Positions 34,324 through 46,356 of a DNA stretch of 64,000 bases are shown here, one piece after another. The stretch is from Lingula anatina. Lineage: Eukaryota > Animalia > Brachiopoda. The translations under genes and the position numbers were made by a program. The notes below the pieces were generated by a model that did no database searches, was not told the origin of the DNA, and saw nothing but the letters and a program-made list of their open reading frames with translations. The DNA lies in assembly GCA_051362555.1 (NCBI GenBank), contig CM120642.1:4898001-4962000 (forward strand). Direction: 5' to 3'. Each line of letters opens with the position of its first letter. Within the stretch, counting starts at the first letter, position 1.

Positions 34324-37300
34324 TCATTTCCACTCGTATCTGTTACCTATATTCTGCAGACCTGAGTGCATCATTGCGCACTGATAAACTGCATTAAAGC
34401 GTTCGTTTTGCGATACAGTAAAATAATTCTTCCAGTCCCCAATCTGCCCTGTAATTGAAAATAGACTATTTTATTTTTTTAAGTATACAGGGCTAAAAAT
34501 TTTACGTTTATGTGTGGGTTTCAAAAAATACTTTTAAAAACTTTATTCTATCATCAAATGATTCTTATAATATATTTGAAAATATTGTGTAGACTTTTAT
34601 CCAGTATGTTATTTTAAAAATTCATGCTGAATTATCCAAACCATCAATACTTTCTGAATTTTAAACTCAATTCATTTTTATATATTCATTTGACAAACCC
34701 TTTCTGTACATCCCCGGGGTGCCCGCTTTCCAGACGTCGCCCTCGTCAGTGTTGAACTGCAAGTCAAATCCCTCAACGCGTTTCTTGGTCTTCATGGAGT
34801 GGAAGGTTGTTGCCTCTGCGATCTTTTGGTATGTGGCGCCATCTTTGGGGTTACCTATGTGCTCAGCGATTCTCTGGACTTGACTCACGGGTTCCTATAA
34901 AAATATCGTCAATAATATCCGGAAAAGGTTCCAGTTGTGACTGATCATGAGCAATGTGTTTGGTAAGACAAACGCAGCCATAAGCTAGACATCAACACAT
35001 TCAACTGTTACATTATGGAGATTATTTGGAAACGTTTGTTTACAGTATTTACCCACTTATTTGATTACAGTATTTAAACTCATAGGTCATTGACCTCATG
35101 GGTAACTGATCTTAGGTCATTGGCATGGGGGTCACATGTACTGGCACGGTACAAGTTTTTTGCTATGGTGTCTTCAACTGTTTTCCATGAGCAATTGTCA
35201 TTATTTCTTTCTGCACGGAGACAGTTTGAAGACTACATTGGAGATTGGGGTAATAAGTCATTTGCATCACGGCTGCAAACACAAATTAGGTTTAAAAAAA
35301 AATGCACGCTAAACTATAACCTTACGGCATATATAAAACTTGCAGTTATCTTGTCGACGTATTTTCTTCAAACGTATTTTATCCCCATGGACCACTACTC
35401 GTACTAAATAATGCGTTTTAATTTTATTGTTAAGGATAATCGAAATACATTTTGCCATCACAAACACCAGTAAAAAATAACCAGTAAAAGTACGTCAGGT
35501 TTTCATGTTTAAAATAAAAAGCATTTTCATTTTGTAGGGTAATACTGTTATTGTCAGATGAGGCTAGTGTAAAGGTAGTCAAAGGTAATTCGGCCGCCCC
35601 GCTGCCGAACCTCTTCTAAAGACACCATGATATTTTAATTTAAAATGAAGAAGTCGTAGTTTCTGAATGTGAACTGTCCTTAAGCGTGTTGTTATTTTCG
35701 AAAAGCAAAAATTAACACGGTTACACGATGCAGTCAATTGTTTACCTCGACAATATCCTCGTAGTAAACATTCAAGATATTTGGATGGTTCTCTGACAAC
35801 TTCCACCACGGTAACACTATACCAAACCAATCACTGTAATCTGTAATTTATCATATGCAATAATCCAACAAAGCTGCAATTTTCATTATGTGCACTCTAA
35901 GGATAAAACATGTTGCTGATTTGACTCAAGATTTATTTATTTTTTTTTTTTTTATTTATTTTTTTTTTTTTGTGGCAATTTTTGTGAAATTTAAATAAAC
36001 AACCACTCCATGTTGACTCGAGACTAATTTATAAGTAAATACATGTTCTCAGCATACGTTCATCCATCTATACCGTAGTCTACATACCAAGAATTTTTTG
36101 ATTTTGGTAGCCCATTATCATTTCAAAGTAACCATCCCACTTCCCATCGTATTCGAACAGTTTCATGCCGTAAGCCAGATTATAGTAGGATACGTATGCG
36201 TCCTTGGGATTGCGGCTCACGTGAACGATCTTGTTGTGCTGAAAGCAAGAGAAAGAAAATATTCATATCACCGACAAATGTCATCATATCGATATGAAAA
36301 TATCCTCGCCTTACAAGACAAGGGAGGATGGCTTGATTTTTCACCCAATCTTCACTAATGGCGGATCCAGGGGGACGTGCAGCTGGCACGTATCCTCCCC
36401 ATCCCTACTTAGCTTTGGAAGTTTCCCTCTCCGCCCACTCCAACCTCCCAGCTCCCACCACAAAAAAGGTAGACAAAACCAAGACAAAACCAAGTGATTT
36501 TCCCTGTCAACTGTTTGATAGATGCAAGATATGGAATGAATTTCTTATACCTGTCGTATATCAAATTCCTGGATCAGACAATGATAATTTAGGATATTGT
36601 AAGTTTTTTAAAATTATTTTTGATTAACCCGTTTGTTGCTGTAAAATTTAGAAATTTAGTTTAAAAACGCCTTAATGAATGAAAACAAGGCAGCAAAGCT
36701 GTCAAATGTACAGACAAAAAACAGAAAAAAAAAGATGCAAAATAGGTCATTTTGTCAATTTTGATGCAATAATGAATGCTTATAATAGCACAGTCAGTCA
36801 ACACTGATTTTTAATCATGCACAACAGGTAACATGGTCAATAACAGGAGCAGATCCAGAGATATTTTCTGACAGTATTCCAAAGTATCTTTGTTGATCCA
36901 TCCTCCATTTTGATGGTCTTCCAACAGAAACCCGTTAATATAAACTTAAAAATCCGACTGTCTTCCAGGAGACCCAGAAGACGGTCTCAATCCACCCTTT
37001 CAATAAGATTACAGTGTCAGGACCATGAGAGTTAAAATTCACATGATGAAAGTCCCAATATATGAAAAATGATGACAGTGCATAAAATAATATTACAGCG
37101 TGTTTAAAGACATAAATACCAATACAGCTGCTTATGTGGAAATACTGAAAATTTGCAGAGCCTCAGGTGGATGGGAGTTTAAAATCACATATTAAAAATG
37201 CCAGTGTTGGAGAAAAAATTAAAAAGAAAACAACAAAAATATAATTCCAATGAAGCTGCTATTCACTGCTTTCTTATTACGGACACTATGTTATCTAGCA

Positions 37301-39180
37301 GAGAGCTTAACCTTTGGGAGTTAACAGGGAAATATCAACAAGTGTGCTTAATGAAATTTCATTTTATGGCCACTTAATTAGGCAAATGAGTTTATATCAC
37401 TGAAATTAGCCTAGTGAATACCCAAGGGGAATTTACAGACCGACCACACAAATTTGTCTATCAAAGGTCTTCAGGCCCATAAGTCACACCTTAAGAAAAG
37501 CAGAAAACAATAATGCACAAAAACAGGAGACTGCCAATTCTGATGCAATAATACATTATGTTTAACTGCACAGTCAACATCAAATTTTAATTATGCACAA
37601 CAGGTAATACTGATGAAAGTAAAAGCATAAGGCTCCAGGCCCATCAGAGTTCAAGTTTTCAATTAGAAAGTGCCAGAATGAGAAAAATGAAAATTTCACA
37701 AAAAATGCACAAATTTAATAAAAATGATAATCCAATAGAGCTGGTTTTCTAATATGAGCTGTATGTCAATCCTAAGAATCATTCTTGTAAGAATAGTTAA
37801 AAAAATAGAAAGTAAAACTTTACTCTTTCAGAGTCAGAGTCATACTTTGAAAATGGTGGCAGAGCACAAAGTAGGTTTTTTGTCAATTTTGATGCAACAT
37901 TACATAATGATTAACTAATTAAATACCACCAATTTTAAAATATCTACTATTAAAAACATGGACATTAAGAAAAAAATTTGATTACCACTAGGCTTCATGC
38001 CCAAGAGAGCTCTAAGTCACACATTGAAAATTGCAACTATGAAAGATAAAAATTTTCACAAAAAACCTGTATTACTTCCAAACAATTAACTAATGAGACA
38101 AATTTTTAACTGAAGCTGTATTAAATCTGAAGAAAAACCACTTATATACAAAAGGGCTAATAACTTCATCAAAACTTAACTGATCAAGCTTATTTTCAAA
38201 CTTGATCTGTATACTAGTCAGACTGATCACTCCTGTGAGTTTCAAGACAAAAGGCTGATTGGTTTTCCTTAAAATGTGTTATCAGTGTTGCATATATGCT
38301 GAATAATGGGAAAAAACAGCATAACTTTAAATTTGTAAAAATAGTCCAATCAAGCCAATTTTCGAACTTGACCTGCGTATTATTTATATTCATCAGTTCT
38401 GTAAGTTTCAAGCCAAAAGGTAAAATGGTTTTCCACTTATCATGTTATCGTTGCTGCATAAATGCTGAAAAAAGTGAAAAAACAGCATAACTTCCCTAAA
38501 AATGGCCCGATCATGCTGATTTTCGAACTTGACCTGCGTATTATGAATATTCATCAGTTTCATAAGTTTCAAGCCAAAAAGTAATATGGTTTTCCATCTA
38601 TCGTGTTATCGGTGCTGCATATATGCTGAAAAAAGTGAAAAAACAGCATAAATTCCCTAAAAATGGCCCGATCATGCTGCTTTTCGAACTTGACCTGCGT
38701 ATTATGAATATTCATCAGTTCTGTAAGTTTCAAGCCAAAAGGTAAAATGGTTTTCCACTTATCGTGTTATCGGTGCTGTATATATGCTGAAAAAAGTGAA
38801 AAAACAGCATAACTTCCCTAAAAATGGCCCGATCATGCTGATTTTCGAACTTGACCTGCGTATTATGAATATTCATCAATTCTGTAAGTTTCAAACCAAA
38901 AGAAAAAACGGTTTTCCACTTATCGTGTTATCGGTAAAAGTGCACGGCGACGACGGCGACGGCGACGGCGACGACAGACGCAGGTGATGGCTATATGTAC
39001 AGACACATCTGTGTCTGTACATAAAAAAAGGGTGTTCGAAATGATAAATAAATTAGTTTTTAAAGTTTCACTGCGTTGGGCGCGTTTAAATAGGCAGATA
39101 AGGCATTATTACCTGTTTGTTTCAAAGAGCTTAGTTGCATTATTTCACTGACGGGTCCAGAATATCAAGCTGCTGCGTTC

Positions 39181-39211
<31 letters not shown>

Positions 39212-40541
39212 GCATTATCCCCCCCTCCCCCCACGTGCGACGTGCGAAAGAGGTCGTTTTGCACTGTGTTGCGGGTACGTATTCACTTCACCCTTTATCT
39301 TCTTTTAGATAATGAACGGGGCTGAACCCAGCATTTCCGTCTCCTATCTTCATCGTCCCCCTGTCCATTTCATTCACATATATAATGCTAGATGTTTTCT
39401 AGCTGAGACGACTTTGCAGTGACTTATTAGGGTATGCCACTGTCTGGTATTTTTTACCTGCAGAGCTTCTTTGGGAAAGAACTGGTGCGGCAGATGTGTG
39501 TCTATCAGTCTTGGAGACGGTAGATTGTTAAGGTGGTCCTGGCTAACTAATTCTATCTGGTAGTCCTGTTTAGGCAAGGTACTTAGCTCCGTCTTGTTGT
39601 TTAACAGGAGGGTTATTATTTCAAACACAAGATGTGTTCCTGTTGAAGAACAAAGATTAGTAAACAAATATATAAATTAAAACAAATGTAAGGGATTATA
39701 CAGAAGGCATCCTGGAAGAGAAAATCATATACACGTAGCTGTAAAGATGTTTGCTCCTTGGCGGAAGGACACAGGTGACCTTAAGTAAAATATTGAATGA
39801 AGTTCTGAACTATTTTCAATATTTATGTGCTGTACATAAGAAGTTGTGCACTTGAAGTTGTATAGTTTATAGGATTTGTATTCTAGTTTACCCCCCCCCC
39901 CCCCCCCGTCCCACACACCCACAAGTGTATTTGTATAAAGATTTACACGAAGTCCATTATTTAGTCAGAATGTGTAGGCCTAAGTATTCCATGCAGCCAC
40001 TGAGTAGACCTACGCATTTATGAATGAAAATCTGGATGCATTTGACCCTCTACCAGGGCCACAGACTGATTTTTCACTAGATATTAACAGATATGTCTCT
40101 GGTTAAATAGATGGCTAATCTCTGTACTGTGAGTCTCAGCAAAAATGTCAACAATGATAACTGCGGCCCTGGTAGAGGACGTACAGGGTAGATGCATTTA
40201 GGGTAAAAAGATAAAGATAGGTACATATGTATGTCGTAATTCTTCCGTAACGTTGCAACTTCCGTGAAGCATTGCTTACGAACATTAGGTGACGTAATTA
40301 ATACATATACCCTAGGATTTTCTATCCCAGACATACCTGACCTGGGAAAGGCAAACAAGAAGATGTCATCATTGCGCACCGGAAGGGTCGCAAATGCATC
40401 GACTCTCCCTATAATAGACGGTACATTAGAAAGACCTATCAGTGTATCCATGTATTTCACCGTCATTTCGTCACCATTCCCGTCTACAGTTCGAACTACG
40501 GACGCTGCTTCAGGGTCGTATTTAGACTCCAGATTGGCCAT
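34324..40541 (-). CDS. Cytosolic sulfotransferase (SULT1-like, Sulfotransfer_1)
   Basis: Exons approx. 40541-40337, 39638-39458, 36238-36088, 35840-35745, 34894-34699, 34449-34324. Motifs: RNDDIFLFAFPRSGTH (5'-PSB), SPRLIDTHLP, SRNPKDAYVSYY (3'-PB), YYEDI, RKGQIGDWKNYFTVSQNERF. Confidence 0.92.
36356..36583. mobile_element. Degenerate MITE (GGCGGATCCAGG-type termini)
   Basis: ATGGCGGATCCAGG ... CCTGGATCAGACAATG imperfect TIR. No TSD recognised. Confidence 0.5.
36684..39029 (-). mobile_element. HINE-like element, copy 3 (both ends present)
   Basis: AACAAGGCAGCAAAGCTGTCAAATGTACAGAC at 36684, ~161-bp units at ~38350-38940, then the microsatellite and hairpin at ~38993-39022. Lies in a SULT intron. 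Confidence 0.82.
39180..39211. repeat. (GC)n(GT)n alternating purine-pyrimidine tract (Z-DNA prone)
   Basis: CGCGCGCGCGCGCGCGTGTGTGTGTGTGTGTG seen directly. Confidence 0.85.
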
Positions 40542-41002
40542 AATGGTCGGGTAGAAAAGCGGTGATAAGGTTTGGTGTTATTTAGACCTTAAAGGTCGAT
40601 TATACTATTATATAATCTGCCCTACTTTAACTGGTCATGTGTGCCGTAACTAGAAAGTTTCAAGAACAGTCCGCCGTAAGCCTGCTCAGACTATTTGATT
40701 AGGTTTTGAAATAGGTGTACATGTATTGATAATTCATTGATATATGCTTGCATAGATGTACCAGTACGTAATTTTGTGGCCGAGTAGCACTCTTGTAAAT
40801 TTAATAACTTTTGATTGGCCTGCTTGATTTTCAGAAAATAAAATGTTTTGGAAAGTTCATGAATTGCTCTATCAGATAAAATCAATTTGGCTGATATTAA
40901 TATTACTTCCAAATTTGACCTGACCTCCCTGCAGTTCATTTGTGAGTTCCCGTATTTTCACCATGGTAGATACTTGACAACAAAACGGGTGTTTTTTTTT
41001 AT

Positions 41003-41775
41003 AGTGTACATGGGCAAAATTCGTCACTGGTTAGACGAGCAATAAACTGCAAATCACTATTTTCGAACGGGTCCCCCCATGTCGCATAGCGCACGAATCA
41101 CACAGATGATGCAACAATAAGCACCCCTCTATATTATTCAAAACACTTACGTAAAAAACAGCAATTTAAGCCTGTCTGTAACCTTAAATTTTCTATGTGC
41201 TCACATCCCGCATCACAATAAAAAGCAGCAAGGTCCACATTGTAATGCAAGCTTTTTGTACTTAGGTAATGTTATCTTTTTATAACGCGCAAAACGCAAT
41301 CCGCAATTCCTTGGTTCATGTAAGCTTTACGTAGTGTCGCTCAAAGGAAATAGTGGGGTGGCTAAGGGAAAAAATGGCCAAATCGTGACACGGCGGAGAA
41401 AAGCGCCAAATTTTGCATGTGGTTACTTTTTGACATATTACATCGTTCTAGAGCCGTAGCCTTCTAAAAAATTTTAAGTGTACATGGGCAAAATTCGTCA
41501 CTGGTTAGACGAGCAATAAACTGCAAATCACTATTTTCGAACGGGTCCCCCCATGTCGCATAGCGCACGATTCACACAGATGATACAACAATAAGCACCC
41601 CTCTATATTATTCAAAACACTTACGTAAAAAACAGCAATTTAAGCCTGTCTGTAACCTTAACATTTCTATGTGCTCACATCCCGCATCACAATAAAAAGC
41701 AGCAAGATCCACATTGTAATGCAAGCTTTTTGTACTTATGTAATGAAATCTTTTTATAACGTGCAAAACGCAATC
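41003..41775 (+). repeat. ~300-bp direct repeat pair (41003-41301, 41477-41775); second copy preceded by a DNA-transposon-like terminus starting TAGTGGGG at 41351
   Basis: Near-identical copies 474 bp apart, seen directly. TAGTGGGGTGGCTAAG..ATCGTGACAC..AAAAGCGCCAAATTTTGCATG resembles Academ-type termini (from recall, unverified). Confidence 0.7.
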
Positions 41776-41791
41776 GCAAGACGCGTATGTA

Positions 41792-42628
41792 ATGGCGTTC
41801 AGACTATACGAAGGTGCAGACCACACATCTGTGTATGCAAAATACAGGTCCGTATGGACAACGGACATCACAGATAGGGTTTTAACATATCTCCAGGAGA
41901 AGTTTCCAGCACCATACATGTATGACCATGCCATAGATGTGGGTTGTGGCTCAGGTCAGTTTACACACCTTCTGGCTCCTCACTTTAAACAAGTGACGGG
42001 TATAGACATCAGCGCTAATCAGATATCAGCAGCAATCAAAGGGAACGACAAAAAGAATATCACATACAAAGTGGGTTCAGGCGAATGTTTTCCAATCGCT
42101 GACCAGTCTGTGGAGCTAGTTACCTGTGTTCAAGCTGCCCACTGGATTGATATGGACAAGTTCTATGCTGAAGCTTACCGGGTGCTAAAACCGAACGGGT
42201 GCGTGGCACTGATTTCATTTACCTTTCCAGAATTCGGCGCACATCCACAAGCAAAATTATTGACAAAACCTCTTGGGAATTATTATGACAAGCTTTGGGA
42301 AACATCTTGCCCCGCTGAAATGATAAACAGGTTAAAGCATGTCTACAACAGGTACCCGGATGAAATATTTGCCTGTAGACCACCGTTGGAAGACCATCTC
42401 AGGGATGAGACAATGACCATAGTACATGACATGACGGTGGAGCAGGTCGTTGGATTTGCAAGTTCCAGCAGCGGTTACGTCAAATATGTTAAGAAATATT
42501 CCAGCAGTGACATATTGGAGACCTTGCAGAAAAACATACTGAAAACCTTGGGAGAGGATGCCACCTTAGATACTGTTGTGCGTGTCACATTCCCAGTATT
42601 CATCTTATTCGGCAGAAAGCCTGGTTAA
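41792..42628 (+). CDS. Class I SAM-dependent methyltransferase (Methyltransf_11 type), single coding exon, 278 aa
   Basis: Open ORF with N-terminal RLYEGADHTSVYAKYR, motif I AIDVGCGSGQ, VTGIDISANQI, SVELVTCVQAAHW, RVLKPNG, and C-terminal FPVFILFGRKP. Confidence 0.92.
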   Translation: MAFRLYEGADHTSVYAKYRSVWTTDITDRVLTYLQEKFPAPYMYDHAIDVGCGSGQFTHLLAPHFKQVTGIDISANQISAAIKGNDKKNITYKVGSGECFPIADQSVELVTCVQAAHWIDMDKFYAEAYRVLKPNGCVALISFTFPEFGAHPQAKLLTKPLGNYYDKLWETSCPAEMINRLKHVYNRYPDEIFACRPPLEDHLRDETMTIVHDMTVEQVVGFASSSSGYVKYVKKYSSSDILETLQKNILKTLGEDATLDTVVRVTFPVFILFGRKPG

Positions 42629-44338
42629 GATAAACCACCAATCAAACTTGTAAGATTCCACTCATGTAACATGTAACATGAACTCAAATGCAATAACGTA
42701 GATTTACCGATTTCCTTTGGCGAGATCACCGCCATCACTTTTACCAATGTCACCATATAACTATCAGACGTCGCAAACTATTTGTTGTAAAGTAAATGAT
42801 TTTGTTGTAAAGTAAATGATTGCAGAAAATGCGGTCCAACCCACGAAAAGAAGTCAACGAACTAACATTAATATGATAACAGAGAAAATTGACGCTCTTC
42901 AAATTTTCATTGGTGATGTCGTTCATACAAACGCACAGTCCGCAGTCCACCTCTTACAGAACTCGAGTTATGCCAGGAATGAAAAGACCGTTTTACTCAC
43001 GAGAGCACGCCCATCTGCGTCTCCAAGAAAGTCCACTCCCAACGCCATCGGTCCCAGACGCATACCCCAACCCGACATGCATCTGCGGCGCCCAGGATAC
43101 AAATCAACACCAGCTGGACGTCCGAATTATCCTCAACACTGAAGTCCGATAAGTGAACGGCCAATGTGTCAAACATGTGGTGTGTACACGCATCTTAGAC
43201 CTAATTGTTTTGCTCGTAATCTTACAATGTATCTGTTATTGTTGCGGTAAAAAGGACACATAGCAAGTCTGTCATGCTGCACGTGTAAACAAACGGCTAA
43301 GAAAAAGAAAAATGTTTTTTTAACAAGATTAAAATAGAAAAGTGCCAATTTCTATTATTTCCTCCATTTCGATATGTCGAATGAGAGTTCAATTGCAAGT
43401 AATGTCAAATGATTCGTTTCATTCACTGAATCAATGCGATTGTCATCCCGTTAAGTTTGAACATATCCTTTTGTGTAACATATGCTTGTACCCATATGTT
43501 TATAGTATGTTTATGGTAAATTCATAATCACACCAAGGCTTATCTCACTGCTTAGATAGAATATTTTATGAATAAATTTACTAGTACATATATTCATTAT
43601 ATAAAGATTATTTTTTCATTCACAAACGGCTAGGCAACATAATTACCAAATAGAGAAATGGTAATGCACCAATTGTATTGTATTGTATCGTCATTAATAT
43701 ATCATATTGTACCAGGTCATGACAATCTATGTACCAGCACAGAAATAAATTGAATTGAAATTTAATTGTCTTCATGTAATGGATAATGTACTGTCCTCGT
43801 ACGTTGGCGCACAAATGGATAACTGTTCACAGTTTCTTGTACGTCCATCGTTGTCCAATGTGAATGTCTCGTATAATTCCTGGTCGATTAAACTCAATCT
43901 TAATACCGTATATAGTATAATCATATAATCGTTGAACCCCTTGTGGATTGAACCAATCTTTACTACGTGTATACCTTTTATTGCCAATTTAACCGTATAA
44001 AATCCATACAAGATCATTTCAAGAAGTTCATTGCCAGAAACTGAAAATTTCAATGTGGCAATTTATCGAGTAAAAGTATATTTAACTTCATATGCAAATT
44101 CGTTCGCTTTTTCCGGCATTGTAACACTCAACATTTGAGTTTCCTTTTTTATCCCCAAATTACCAATACCTGGCAAGTCGAAAACGTAATTTGATCGAGG
44201 GAACTTGTATTAATTAACTTCAATCGTATTCGTGCAGTAAAGTAATCCGAGGTGCGTTTGACCTTCAATTTAATTCTTGTATTTTCTATTTTATTGTTAC
44301 GCTCCTTACTCTGTCTTTTCTTTCCCGTCCATCTTATA

Positions 44339-44340
<2 letters not shown>

Positions 44341-44387
<47 letters not shown>

Positions 44388-44388
44388 T
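44341..44388. repeat. (ATT)n microsatellite
   Basis: Direct observation. Confidence 0.95.
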
Positions 44389-44877
44389 TGTGTTTTTCTG
44401 TCTCTTCGTTGAGGTTTTTTCAATTGGCTCCCAGGTATTTGGGCTATATGAGGGAACTCCTTTCACTGATAAAGGTACTGTATTTCATCGTTTCTCCTGG
44501 CTCTACCTCGTAAACCCTTCTCGATTTCAAATTATTCATCTGTTGTGCGAGGTTAATCCACATGATATTTGTTTTCGTTTTCTCCCCTTTCTTTATTTTG
44601 TGACTCTAAAATTCTAAAACTCTTTGTTACTCTAAAACTCTCATTTGAGTAAATATTTCATTTGTAATTCGTTATCTTCTACACCGTTTAAACCAGGGGT
44701 TTCATTAATTTTCCTGTCGTACCCCATTTTCAATCGATTAACGTGTACGATGTTTTCACTATAAATGCATGATTGCCACAAGGATTATTTTGCATTAACA
44801 TGTGTCAGCATATCAAATAAAGTGAATGGACCATGGGAAAGTCGTGCCAACTGTTTGGTACATCCTCTTGGTACTGT

Positions 44878-45017
44878 TACCCTGAGCGTCAGAGGAACGT
44901 AAAAGCTAGCTTGCTAAATATACCTTGTGGTGGAGTCGCTTTTATTGGTATTGCTACTATGGGTTATATATGAAATCAAGATCGAGCTGGCAATACCGGA
45001 ATCTAGAACCTAGGGTA
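44878..45017. mobile_element. 140-bp MITE with 8-bp TSD (hAT-like) inserted in the Gypsy integrase
   Basis: TSD GGTACTGT at 44870-44877 and 45018-45025; termini TACCCT...AGGGTA. Removing it restores ..VYNPTVPRGCTKQLA.. Confidence 0.82.
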
Positions 45018-45819
45018 GGTACTGTTGGATTGTAAACAAATACACTATCGCCTACTTGACATTTCACGTTCTCAGATTTTCGATCGTACAGTTGTGTATT
45101 CTCTCGTTTGTCGTCTTTTATTTTCGTGGGCAATCTTTTTAGCAACGCTCAATTTTTTAATCATATTTCATTGACGGAGGTTTTTTACAGGGGGCGGAAA
45201 GGCTACATCAATTGATAATCTTGCCTCTTTGCGTATAAAAATAATGGGCTTGTCATTAAACTAGCATTCGGTTCACAATTAAAGCTGAATTTACAAACGA
45301 GTCCCAATCTTTTTTTGATTCTTTGAGACATACATGTAATTTGACAAAGTTTTCATGATCATACAGTTTATTTACTCTTATTGACAATTTGTAATTGGAT
45401 GATATAAACTGCTTTGAATTTTTTATATAGGCCTACCTGCGTACTTATATGTACATGTAGATTGTCTGTTGACTGCATATCATCCTTCCAGTTACATGCC
45501 AAAATACTCGTGGAAATAGAATTTGTCTTCATTCATAAACAATTTAACTGGAAGCATTTCCAGTGCCTGACATAACACCACTTAACTTTGCAAGGCTGCT
45601 ATTTGATGAAAAAATATGTAGGCGTACGGTGCCCAAATCACTATTAAGTTTTAGAGGTATTAATTTCCTCTCAGACAAAGAAATGGAATTATGTACATGT
45701 ATCAAAACTTCCTCTCTGAGGAACGCTAGATTGGTTCGGTTTTCATGAGGAAAGTTTTCGGCAGTTTTCACAACAAGGTCTTTAGCTAATCTCTTCCGAA
45801 CTTTCTGCCGAAATCAAAC

Positions 45820-45822
<3 letters not shown>

Positions 45823-45878
<56 letters not shown>
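45823..45878. repeat. (AT)n microsatellite
   Basis: Direct observation. Confidence 0.95.
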
Positions 45879-45880
<2 letters not shown>

Positions 45881-46356
45881 CTCTCGCTTTAACAGAAAAC
45901 CTGACATGCTTCCAAGCACGTATGTGACGGCAGCGAAGTTTTCGGGTCCATTATTACGCACAGTTCTTCCTCTTTCGGGCTAAGGAGTGCTCCTATTCTA
46001 AGATAGATATCGTTCACTGTATGTTGTTACAAAAACAGATCAAGGCACGTTCCAAAATATTCATATACTAATTCAATCATTTGAAACAAACGACAGCAGA
46101 TTAGCGTGACAAACGAAATGATACCTTGATAGTGATGCATATGCAAATGATAATTTAGTGCCGGTGTTGAATGAATGCAAGTCCTAGGAATGAATTCCGG
46201 GCTCCCGTGTGATTAGTGCAGGTTACGGTTAGTTGGAGTATTGGGGTTAGCATATGCAAGTGCCAAAAATTATCTGTCATGCTGGTAATCAAAATTCTGA
46301 GCAGCTGTTGCTGAAGATACACGCAGTTTCATAGGTGTGTCAACAACAAAAGGAAA

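Larger units (their letters stand above)
42820..45750. mobile_element. Degenerate, internally rearranged Ty3/Gypsy LTR retrotransposon relic
   Basis: + strand: gag CCHC knuckle CQTCGVYTHLRPNC (43167-43208) and a second frameshifted knuckle. - strand: chromodomain-like FEIEK..RGR..QYL..KG..NTWEP (~44410-44545) and integrase C-half SSLYHPITN..QKDWD..ARLSIDV..YDRK..QVGDSVFVYNP..KQLARLSHGPF..VHVNRLK (~44715-45425). + strand: integrase N-half EAFPVPDIT..ARLLFDEKICR..VPKSLLSFRGINFLS (~45550-45700). Many stops and frameshifts. Confidence 0.78.

Noticed and set aside
35550-35600. Degenerate hammerhead-like CAGATGA-GGCTA..TAGTC-AAAG
   Set aside because: Both catalytic core boxes deviate from consensus, and no stem I or III is found.
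41792-42628. Bacterial origin or contamination for the intronless methyltransferase
   Set aside because: The N-terminal RLYEGADH..Y.KYR signature resembles the animal subfamily, there is no operon context, and the flanks are eukaryotic repeats. A phylogeny would be needed to exclude it fully.
46130-46270. Octamer ATGCAAAT suggesting an snRNA gene
   Set aside because: No recognisable snRNA body or Sm site follows; more likely chance or part of the Gal3ST-like upstream region.
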